Positions 38,997 through 49,377 of a stretch of 64,000 nt of DNA are shown here, one piece after another (within the stretch, counting starts at the first letter, position 1; each line of letters starts with the position of its first letter). The stretch spans positions 49,414,001-49,478,000 of the forward strand of contig NC_082712.1 in assembly GCF_030144855.1 (NCBI RefSeq), given 5' to 3'. The position numbers and the translations under genes are program-made. A model generated the notes under the pieces. That model was not told where the DNA came from and searched no databases. It worked only from the letters and a program-made list of their open reading frames with translations. Origin of the DNA: Hypanus sabinus (Eukaryota).

Positions 38997-41779
38997 GGAT
39001 TACTCTAATATATCTGAAAAATTAAATACACAGCTGTCCTCCCTGCTTAGCTATAAACTCCAATTCAATAAAGAGTGCATCTCAGCTATATACATAGTTT
39101 ATTATATAATCCAATTACTATATACCAATATCCGCAGCATAGTAAATTTTAAATTGTCCCATTCAGGTAAAAAATTTAATCTCTGTGGAGGATTTCTAAC
39201 TCATGTGGGATAACATCTTTCCTGTCAAGGGAGAGTCACTCTGCTTGGCAGGTGAGACTTGTGGCTGTGAAGCATTCACAGGTTCTGGAGCCTCCTCCGT
39301 GGTGATTGTAGGTGTTGATTCTGAAACTGCAGGAAGTGGTTCCGACAGCTCTGGTCACCTTTCCTCTCCTTTTCTCTCTCTGGATCTACTTCGATCCCTT
39401 TCTTTTTCTTTCTCACATTCCTTTTCTCTTTCACACCATTCTCTTTCACGTGCACATCCTTTCTCTCCATCTCTTCCTTCCTTTTTCTTCTTCTAGGCTT
39501 GGGAACGTGCACTTACTTCACTGGAGTATTCTCTTGTTAGTCCTTCTATTGCTCCCCTTGCGATCTGATCTCTCCTCTTAGTTTCCGTATCCACAACATC
39601 ATCTGATGAATCCCCTGTTTTGGTATCTCCATTGACTCCTTTCTTTTTGACCTTCTATTCATCCAGCTGGGCTTTGGTCTTTACATCTACTGTCACAAGC
39701 AACTTTTTGTCTCTCACTTGTGGTTCATGCAATAACCTTAATGCACACAGAGCAGATTCTGGTTCTTTATACTCACAAAAGGTGAATGCCTGCAACTTTC
39801 CTGATGCTCCTTGAACTGCCTTCCAGCTTTAAACCAAGCCACATGTCATAAGTAACTGCCTGAATAACATAACAAAAGCCTTTTCAGATATGTTGCCTAC
39901 AAAAATAGTTTCAGTCGGATTACTGCTTTTGTCACTTTTATGTTTCCTCTGAGCAGCATGTTCCTTCCTTGGTCCAATATGTTTTCCAACCCGAGGCACA
40001 GGTTGGCTCCAACATCTGTTTGTCCTCTGATGGGCAGCAGTTCATTATGTTTGGCATGGAGACAGTTGTGGTATCTTCCAAAACCTCCCTTAATTTGTTT
40101 CAATTGGTTTCATTGCAGGGGATGTGGCATGTAAATGGTGGATGGATCTGCAATCAAGTTGTAGTTGTCTCAGCTAGTCATATCCCCACAATGCTGGTCC
40201 TTTTGTTTATACCACATACAAGATCAATTTGCCTTGTTGATTGTTGTATTTCACTCTTACGAATGTCATTCCCAAAGGAGTTAACGTTTCTCCAATATAA
40301 GTTCTTATTTGGATATCTGCAGTCTTCAGTTTGGTACCTTTTAAATGCTGTTTTTACTCATTTTGTGGAGTGACTGAGACAGCTAAACCAGTGTCTAATT
40401 CATTTTAATTAATTTGCTGTTCACTTCTGGTGTAAGCTACATTGCTTGTCTATTATTAGTTTTCACACTGAAAATCTACACAGTCCCATGTCACTTTCAT
40501 CATTATCAGATTTTTCATCAACAGCATGCAGTTTAGTGCTCTTTTTGAATATGCAACTTGACTTTTTAGCTTTTTCTCTTCCCTTTGCAGTCTACTTATT
40601 TTTGTCTGCCTAATGTGCTCTTTGTATATGTCTTACTTCATTACATTTGTTGCAAGTTTCACCATTAAATCTGCATTTGATTGGTGTATGTGAGCCCCTG
40701 CCACAATGGTAACACAATTTGTTTGGCCAGGCTTGTTTCTATTTAAGTGATGCAATTTTATTCAGGCTAACTTTCATTCTTGACTCCAACTCAATTGCAT
40801 TTCTGCCTGCAGTTTCCATTGCAACAGTGATTTTCACTGTAAGTCGTGCTTCAGTTAGAAGCCTTCTTGAGTGCTTTCTTCTAAGATTTCACAAAGAAAA
40901 TGATCTATTAGTGTATCATTAAGCCCATCACCAAACTGACAATGCCGAAACAATTTCTTCAATTCAGAAATGGACTCTCTTTCTTTTTGATTCTGCTTAT
41001 GAAACCTAAAGCATTTTGCAATCAGCAATGGCTTTGTTACTGAATATTCCTTCATTACTTTGCAATACCACCAAAGCTCATTTCTGCTGGCTTGTTTGGA
41101 GCAGTCAAACTTCGAAGCAAACTGCATGTCTTTAAGCCTAATGCACTCAGCAAAATTGGTACTCAGTTCTCATTGGCTATTTTATTTGCTTCAAAATACT
41201 GTTCCAATAATTCAGAACACATGAGATAATTACCTGTTGTATAATCAGCAATCTTTCCAATGTAGCCAGCCATTTCTGATTTTTTTTGTGATTATGATCA
41301 CCTGGTACTCACACTTTATGAACCTAGAATCCTTCCATTTTCTTTAAAAAAAAACTTGATTGTGTCTTCTCTTCTGAAGAACACTTGTTTTTTACTTTAA
41401 ACTCACCCATCTCTACACGTGCTGGCTGTTTCTTTTTACTCATCATCACTCGCACTGCATTTTTATCTGAACCTCTTGCTGCACTCCTGCAGGTCAAATG
41501 TTGTCTTGGGTTCGTTGCAAAAACATCTTGTCACCGATGTTAAGTTTTGTAACTTCAAAACATTAAATTAATTCAAAGGAAGACAAGGAGTCTGAAATTC
41601 AAGTGTAACTTCATCTTTACTTAAAATAAGATGTGCATGTATCACTCGATAGTGTGATGCCACAAGCAATGGGCATATTTTTATATATAACCCATAATTA
41701 ATTATTTAAACCATCAAGAATGCTTAATCAACTAATACATACAAGATTACTTAAATATAACTGATATAGTAAACACACA
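38997..41779 (-). mobile_element. Gypsy/Ty3 LTR retrotransposon, non-autonomous, carrying a captured RBM25 fragment
   Basis: 5' LTR 41538-41779 (TG...CA); PBS-like tcggtgacaag at 41537-41527; gag from ATG 41273 (KPLLIAKCFRFHKQNQKE..HCQFGDGLND; two zinc-knuckle remnants ~40610-40720); protease LDTGLAVS ~40400-40375; pol tail PELSEPLPAV..RCYPT*VRNPPQRLN 39360-39175; PPT-like aagcagggagga ~39048-39037; ~36 bp of 3' LTR (39032-38997) similar to the 5' LTR start. Confidence 0.9.
39370..40015 (-). pseudogene. RBM25: Processed (intron-less) partial pseudogene of RNA-binding motif protein 25, embedded in the Gypsy element
   Basis: Manual minus-strand translation: VPRVGKHIGPRKEH..PTETIFVGNISEKAFVMLFRQLLMTCGLV*SWKAVQGASGKLQAFTFCEYKEPESALCALRLLHEPQVRDKKLLVTVDVKTKAQLDE*KVKKK..ETKRRDQIARGAIEGLTREYSSEVSARSQ..EKEKERDRSRSRE. 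This is collinear with the vertebrate RBM25 RRM and RE/RD region as I recall it. Stops at 39831-39829, 39657-39655 and 39495-39493. Confidence 0.92.
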
Positions 41780-44460
41780 ATACTTTCAGTTTCCCAAGCA
41801 CCTTCTCCCTTGTAATCGCAACTGCACTTAACTTCTGTCCCTTGATACTCTCAAACTTCAGTACACTGCTAATGAATACTGATGCAAGATATTTATTCAG
41901 TTTGTCCGCCATTTCTTTGACCCCACTACTACCTCTCCAGAGTCCTTTTCCAGCAGTCCAATATCTACCCTGGCCGCTCGTTTACCCTATATATCTAAAA
42001 AGAACTTTTGGTATCCTCTTTGATATTGTTGGCTAGCTTACCTTCATATTTCATCTTTCCCTCCCATGGCTTTTTTCATTGTCTTCTGTTGTTTTTTTAA
42101 ACAGTTCTCAATCCTCTAGCTCCCACAAATCATTGTTCTATTATATGCCCTCTCTTTTGTGCTTTGACTTCCCTTGTTAGCCACGATTGTGTCATTGTGT
42201 TTTTAAAATACAACTTCTTCTTTGGGATATATCTATTTTGCACCTTCTGAATTGTTCCCAGGCCCTCCAGCCATACTTGCTCTGTCATCATCTCCCTTCT
42301 AATCAAATTTGACTAGCTCTTCTCTCACGCCTCTGTAATTCCCTTTACTCTATTGTAATACTGATATATCTGACTTTTCCTTCTCCCTCTCAAGTTGCAG
42401 GATGAATTCTATCATGTTATGATCACTGTTTCCTGAGTGTTCCTTTATCTTAAGCTCCCTAATCAAATTTCGTTCATTACACAACACCCAATCCAGAGTA
42501 GCTTATTGCCTTATGGGCTCAGTCACAAGCTACTCTAAAAACCTATCCTGTAGGCATTCTAAAAGCTCTCTCTCCTGGATCCAGAACCAATTTGATTTTC
42601 CCATTCCACCTGTATATTAAAATCCCCCCGACTATCGTAACGTTGCCCTTTTGATGCTTTTCTATCTCCCAGTGTAATTTATAGCCCACATCTGGCTACT
42701 ATTCAGAGGCCTGTATATACAGTAACTACCATCAGGGTCTTTTTACTCTTGGAGTTTCTTAACTCTATCCACAAGGATTCTATAACTTCTAATTTTATGT
42801 CACTTCTTTTTAAAAATTTGATTTCACTTTTTACCAACAGAGCCATTCCATTCCCTCTGTTTACCTACCCGTCCTTTTGATACAATGTGAATCCTTGGAT
42901 GTCAAACTTCCAACTAGAATCTTGTTTCAGCCACAATGCAATGATGCCCACAGTGTCATACCTGCCAATCTTTAATGGTGTTACAAGATAATCTACTTTA
43001 TTCCATATACTGTGTGAATTTAAATATAACACCTTCAGTCCTGTATCAATTTTCAAGTTTGTCCCCTCTTACACTGTAACTCATACCACTGACTGCAATT
43101 TTGCATGTCCACGTGCCTGTCCTTCCTGACAGTCTCACTACACACTGCCTCTGCTTGTAAACCAGCAGCTCTATCCTCAGCCCTATCACTCCAAGTCCCA
43201 TCTCTCGACCAAGTTATTTTAAACCCTCCCCAACGGTTCCAGCAAACCTGATATTGGTTTCCCTCAGGTTCAGGTGTAATCTGCCCCTTTTGTACGGGTC
43301 CTACCTTCTCCAGAAGAGATCCCAATGACCCAGCAATTTGAAACTCTGAACCCTGCACCAGTTTCTCAGTCAGGCATTCATCTGTCAAATCATCCTATTC
43401 TCACCCTCACTGGTGCATGACACAGACAGCCATCCAGCAATTACTACCCTGGAGGTCCTGTTTTTCAGCTTTCTACCTAGCTTCTTAAATTCTCTCTTCA
43501 GGACCTGCTTACTTTTCTTACCTATGTCATTGGTACCAATATATGGATGCTCACCCTCCCCTTATTAATGTCAAGTACCCGATCTGAGATGTCCCTGACC
43601 CTGGCACCTGGGAAGCTTTGTATGACGTCTCTATCATGTCCACCGAGTTTTGTGTCTACTCCCCTAACTATGGAATTCCCTGTCACTCCTGCAGTTCTCT
43701 TCTCCCCCTTTCCCTTCTCAGCCTCGGAGCCAGACTGAACGCCAGAGCCTAGGTCACTGTGACTCCCCTCAGTAGATCGTCTCTCTGAGCAGTATCAAAA
43801 TGGTTTAATTATTAGTGAGGGGAAAAGCCACAAGGATACTGTGTATGGGCTGCCCATTTCCCTTTTCTCTCCTGACAGTCACTCATTTTCCTGCCTCCTG
43901 CAACCTAGGGGTAAGTACCCCCCGGAGCTCCTTTCTGGCATCTCCTCAGTTTCCCATATGAGCTGCAGGTCCAGTTCCTTAATGCATTCCCTGAGGAGCT
44001 GCAGCCTGGTGTGGATTTGGTTATCCGGGAGGCTGGCGGTAACCCAGAATTCTCACATCTTAAGTGGAGAACACTACACAGCCTCTGCTTTAACTTGTGC
44101 CAACAGACAGCGAATAAAGAATTAATAAGAAGAAACTTACCAGATGTGTACCTCACCCAAGCCTGATAAGCCTAAGCCTACCCACTCTAACACTTCTCCG
44201 GTCACATATGGCCTCTCCACTTGTCCCTGCCTTTTTCATTTGCCTTTGCTAATGCATGATGCCTTCTGCACTGTTTCAACTGCTTCCAAAATCTTGCAAA
44301 AGCTGCTTTATTTAACTATCTCACATCCCAACCTGCATGAGACCTCCTGCGTTGATTCGACTGTGACTGCTGAAATTCTGGGAAAGCTCCTTTATTTAAA
44401 TCTCTCACTCTCCGACCCACGTGAGGCTTCCTGTGTTGATTCGACTGTGACTGCACCAGC
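41780..44460 (-). mobile_element. CR1-clade LINE 5' half (5' UTR, ORF1, endonuclease, linker), cut by the Gypsy 5' LTR
   Basis: GLKVLYLNSHSIWNKVD..YDTVGIIALWL (ORF 42865-43056); ORF1 remnants at 43053-44156; similar to 22135-23830 and 31700-32130. Confidence 0.85.
44287..44454. repeat. Two imperfect tandem 84-bp units at the CR1 5' end
   Basis: aaagct(g/c)ctttatttaa..tctcac..tcctg(c/t)gttgattcgactgtgactgc occurs twice, 84 bp apart. Confidence 0.85.
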
Positions 44461-44814
44461 AGTTTGGCTTTTGCACATGATATGAAGAGCTTTTAGTTAC
44501 ATAAATTAATTTTCCTTGGTCATTGTTTATGAACAAAATTTTGTCCTGAGAAAAATGAATAGCTACGCTATCATTTCCCTCCAGAAATCTTAGTGCTTCG
44601 TAAGTGAAAATTTCAGTGGAATTTCTCTTTTCCTCCTCCTGAGCTGGGGAACTTCAGACTGTCAATTGTTAGCCTTCATTTTTAATACAGCTTAGAAATT
44701 TAGTAATGCATTCTCGTTTTAGCTTGATTTATGATGAATTGAAGGCATTTCATTATCTTTACAATTTTGATCCGCCCTTTAAAATAGAGGCATAGCTTAT
44801 GCTTTCTAATAGCT

Positions 44815-45075
44815 GATGAGATCAGTGTTCAATCCTGTCGTTGGGCTCTACGTACGTGGAGTTTACAAGTTCTCGCTGTGACTCATTTCCTCTGGGTGGT
44901 CGAATTTTCTCTAGCATGCAAAGCCCTGTAGGTTGGTAGGTCAGATGGACACATAAACTGTCCCTTCTGTGTAAATGAGTTTTAATATATGGGTGCAGTT
45001 GATAGGAGTGGGAGGAGACAAAACATGGGATTCATGTAAATGGTTCCTTGATGGTCAGTAGGGGCAGGGGGCAGT
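44815..45075 (+). mobile_element. HE1/V-SINE-like SINE
   Basis: B-box-like gtgttcaatcct; V-domain gtggagtttacaagttctc..tttcctctgggtg; CR1-type tail. Confidence 0.65.
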
Positions 45076-45169
45076 AGAAGGGATGGTGGAGGATTGAAGA
45101 GACAGTTTGTCATGTTGTAGAATTCTTCATCTCTATTCATGCAGAACAATATTTCATTGACAGTTAATT

Positions 45170-46460
45170 TTATTTGAAGCACGAGGAGGGACCATATTGG
45201 ATCTGGTGTTGAATAATGAGCCTGACCAGGTGATTGACTTTTCATTGGACGAACAGTTTGGTAACAGTGATAACAACTCCTTACATTTTAAGGTAGCTAT
45301 AGACAAACTTAAATATGAACTTTGCAGAAGAGATTTGGAGCAGGACAGATTACGAGACTATTAGGCAAGGGCTAGGGAGGGTTAATTAGGAACAGCTGTT
45401 CTTGAGCAAGTCTACATTTGACATGTGGAGGGTGTTTAAAGACCAACTGCACAGAGTTCAGGACAGGTATGTTTCAGTCAGAAGGGAGGACAAGCATGCC
45501 AAGGTAAGGAAACTTTGGGTGTCGAGAGCTGGCAAATTTAGTCAAGAAGGAAAGGAAACATATATAAGGATTAGGAAGCTAAAAACAACAGGACCCTTGT
45601 GAATTATAAATATGCCAGAAAAGAACTCAAGGGGGGTGGATCTAGGATAGCCAGGGGGGACCATGAAAAGTATTTGGCAAGTAGGATTAAAGGTATTCTC
45701 TTCATATAACAAGAACAAGAGGATGACTAGAGAGCAAGCAGGATTACTCAAGAATAAAGAAGGGAACATGTGCTGACTGGTTACCTTACAGTCTGGTATG
45801 GGAACACCAATGTCTTTGAGCAGAAAACTTGTGGCTAACCCAGCGCGGGATGAGGAACTGCAGAAAAGTGTCTCCAGTACATCACTCCGTCCACCATCAG
45901 TCATCAGGCCATGCCACACAGGGACTTGTGCTAATAATATTCTGTGACTGTATGTGTTATCATAACTATATGTCCTCTGTACTGTGTGTGACAGTATTTA
46001 CTGTGTTTTGCACCTTGGCTGTGCTGTTTTGTTTCACTGTGTACATTTGTCTGGTTGAATGACAATTAGACTTGAACTTGAAGAAGATTATGCAAGGCAG
46101 GGATAGAGTAGAGAGCCATTATATTTTCCCAGAGTTGAAATATCTAATACCATAGGGCATACATTTAAGCTGAGAGGAATTACGTTGAAAGAAGATGTGC
46201 GGAATATATTTTTCACACAGCGAGTGGCGGTCGCCTTGAGTGTACTGCCTGAGGTGGTGGTGGAGGCAAGTCAGACAGGGGTGTTCATAAGGCTTTTAGA
46301 TAAGCACATGAATGGGCAAGAAATGGAAGAATATGGATATGGATATCAGTGGAAGAGATTAGTTTAGTTGGGTATTTGATTACTACTTTAATTAGTTTGG
46401 CAGGACACCGAGGGCTGTTGGGCCTGTTCCTGGTGCTTTATTTACTGTTCGATTTTCTAC
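45170..46460 (+). mobile_element. CR1 fragments (endonuclease/linker 45170-45775; 3' end 46080-46460) with a nested Rex-type tail (~45775-46080)
   Basis: ILDLVLNNEPDQV-like remnant, DMWRVFKDQL, FFTQRVA..LPEVVVEA; the nested segment ends (gaactt)n. Confidence 0.7.
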
Positions 46461-46559
46461 GATACAATCTGATTCTGACTTAAAATAAACAAGATACTGA
46501 GGGGCCATGACTTGTTGAATTTGGAAAGAATGCCTCCTCTTGAGGGAGAATGAGTAGTC

Positions 46560-46885
46560 TGTCATGTTTAAAACTAAAGGGTCACTGGTGTAAAACATGG
46601 CCCTGTCAGAGAGGCATAAAGAAAAATGTCTCTCGGAGAGTTGCAAATCTTTGGAACTTTTTTCCTCAAAGGGTGTTGAAAGCAGAGTTTCAAATATTTT
46701 TAAGGGAATGTTAGATAGATTCTGCAGAATGGTATATGGACTCTGGAGCATGAAAAGTACTGGATGTGGACAGTGATGAAGACTTTGGTGGAAATCAGAA
46801 AAGTCACTATCTTATTAAACGACAGAGCATGTCTGAGGGGTCAAATGTCCTTTTCCTGCTCCAAATTTGAATGTTCTCATGATTC
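46560..46885 (+). mobile_element. CR1 3' end, degenerate
   Basis: aaaactaaagggtcac..gagagttgcaaatctttggaac..ctgaggggtcaaatg..ctgctcc. Confidence 0.55.
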
Positions 46886-47890
46886 TATTAAGTCTCATGT
46901 TATTTTTAGATTTAGTTCAGTGATGTTCATGCCAAGGAGAAGTAACTGATCAGTATCACAAATTTTCGCTGTGGTTAGAATACAATGGGTCTAGTTGAGA
47001 CAGCAGGCATGAGCAATTGCACATAATTTCTGACTGGGTTGAACTTACTTTTCACAGGAAACTCAGTGCTATGTTAAATATGTGTCCATTACTAATGCTT
47101 AAATTATCCAACTTTCAATGGCGATGAAGAGATAAGGATAAACTGCTGAACTAAGAACAGAAAATGTTCCTAATTAAATGTCACACTTAAAGAAAAATGC
47201 TGCTCATTGAACTGTTCACTCAGTTCTCTGTTACCTTTGCCAGGTGGCAATCAGGTCACCTTGACTAACATTTCATACTGAGACTAGACAACTAACAGAG
47301 TGCAACATGATTTTGCATGTCTCCAAGATGCATCCCAATGTTAATAAACAGATACTGGTAAAGGAGGCTCAAAATTGTAAATAGATGGCTTCATTCCCTT
47401 GGGCCTCAGGAAGATGAATTTTCATCCTATAACCAGTCCACCTAAATCACTGTTTGTTCTTTATCTGTCTCTGTAAAAAAACATTTGAATCAGTTAGCAA
47501 CAGCAATGGTTTAATGTAAAGCTTAGGGTAGCTCCGACACCATTCATTGTCAGAACTGGGAGCCAATTAGGAGAAAGCACTTTCATCAATATTAAACTGC
47601 TTGGTTCTGACTGACCTGAATCAATAAGTCCAATTCTCACTCTATAGATGTTGTACAATCTGCTGAGTGTTTCTGACTTATTTCATATCATCAGCATCTG
47701 ATATATTTTGTTTTGATCATCAAACAATGAAAAGAAAATTTACCATTTTTTGCCCTTGTGGAATAGAGTCTGATACTTGTGCAGCAGTAGGTCAGGAACA
47801 GAAGACGTTGACTGGAAAGAAGTGTAATCTACAAATCAGTGAACAGGAATGAGATGAGAGGTGGAAAAAAACAAAACACAAGTTGCATGT

Positions 47891-48081
47891 TGATGCACCA
47901 TCAATAACTCTCAGAGACTGGAAGTGAAAGATAGGCTTTTATTAACAGCAAAAGGGAGCACGACATCTCGAAGACTGAGGGAGGAGCAGTATAAATTGCC
48001 TTTATACAGGGGTCTGTGGGAGGAGCCACAGGAGCAGTCAGAAGAGGGGTGTGTCCAGACAGGTATACATAGTTTACCACA
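47891..48081 (-). mobile_element. Solo LTR (shorter variant, 191 bp)
   Basis: TG...CA termini; 5-bp TSD catgt at 47886-47890 and 48082-48086. Confidence 0.92.
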
Positions 48082-48149
48082 CATGTTGCAGGGATGGAGA
48101 CGGCCATTTTGTGAGACATTCCTTGCCGCCACCATTTTATGAACTGAAA

Positions 48150-48600
48150 AAGACTCGGAGTATGTGTGGCTTGGGTGGTGGATGGTTGGGTTGAGTTGTT
48201 CTCTGGCCTTGGCAATCCATTTGCAAATGTTTCATCACCATACAATGAGATATCATCAGTGTGCTGTTCACTTGTGTTGTGTCCTCTGAATGCTTGGCTT
48301 TTATATACATATCAATCAGTTGATTGGTCATTACAGAAATTCATTTCTGACGTATGTAGGTGATCTTGTTGCTGATTGGTCGTGTGGTGAACTCTTGGTG
48401 TTGTCTGGAATTTTGCCCACATTGGCTTGTAAGTGGTCTCGAGGGCTACACGTCTGTCTATGGAATTGTTTGCAGAAAACCATGCTTCTAGGAATTCTCT
48501 TGCATGTCTCGTGTTTGCTTGCATCGTGACTTTCACTGATGCCCAGTAGAATTTGTGCCCCTGTTGGAAGATCAATTCTTGCTCTGAGACAGCTTAGAGT
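48150..48600 (-). mobile_element. Second Penelope-like family: GIY-YIG C-terminus and pLTR
   Basis: ORF 48312-48575 GHKFYWASV..QANTRHAREFLEAWFS..SIDRRVALETTYKP. Confidence 0.85.
48222..48264 (-). ncRNA. Minimal hammerhead ribozyme motif (Penelope family B)
   Basis: GCA-ca-CUGAUGA-u-AUC(ucauuguauggu)GAU-GAAA-CAUU-UGC on the minus strand, downstream of the GIY-YIG remnant. Confidence 0.6.
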
Positions 48601-49377
48601 AGTTGAACAAGGAGTTTCTGCTAATGATCTGCTAAATTGGAGACCATTCTCAGATAAGAAACTGTTTATTATATAAAGTGTCAGACTTATAGAAGGAACA
48701 GTGTGTAATCAGAATCAGATTTATTATCACCTGCGTGTGTTGTGAAATGTGTTAACTGAATCTGGTTGTCTGGGCCCAGTGCTTGGCTAACCTGGTTTAA
48801 CTAGTTTGAATGAGTCTGAGTTGGACAGAACAAAAGACGTTACCCAGGGGCACAAGGCCGAAGGGAGAGCCATAATGCAATACCGCCTGTAGACTTCGGC
48901 CACATCCAATGAAGAAGATGTCACAGGTCTGTCTGATTACCTTGTGCCGATGAAATTGAAACATCATAGACTGATTTGATAAGGAAAAGAATAAGGATTG
49001 AGGATTTTGAGAGCATTGGCAGCAACATCTCTGGAGATCACCCACTGCAGAAGTGGGTGACCCCACGTCAGAAACATAGAGAATTCATTGTGTTTAAGAA
49101 GAATGCCTAGCCAATGTAGATTACTTTTCCTGGATATTATCTTTCCTCTTCTTTAGCTGTTTATGGAGGGTCAGAGAAACCGAGTAGGTATGCACACACA
49201 GGTATTCAGTTGTATGAATTCACGTGCTTGTGACTTGAGCCAATAAGTATGTTCATCAGTAAATACAGATTCTCTCTGCCCATCTGATCATTATTATTGA
49301 GGATTAATCATTGTAATAATGTCAAGGTAATGCTGTCCTGGATTTGCATATTTAATGTGTTTCCAATCCTACACAGT

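Noticed and set aside
39370-40015. Functional RBM25 gene or exon
   Set aside because: Three in-frame stops, internal deletions, no introns, no N-terminus or PWI domain, and embedded in an LTR element.
49038-49060. 9-bp perfect hairpin tcacccact-gcaga-agtgggtga
   Set aside because: A stem of this length is expected by chance in 64 kb and has no supporting context.
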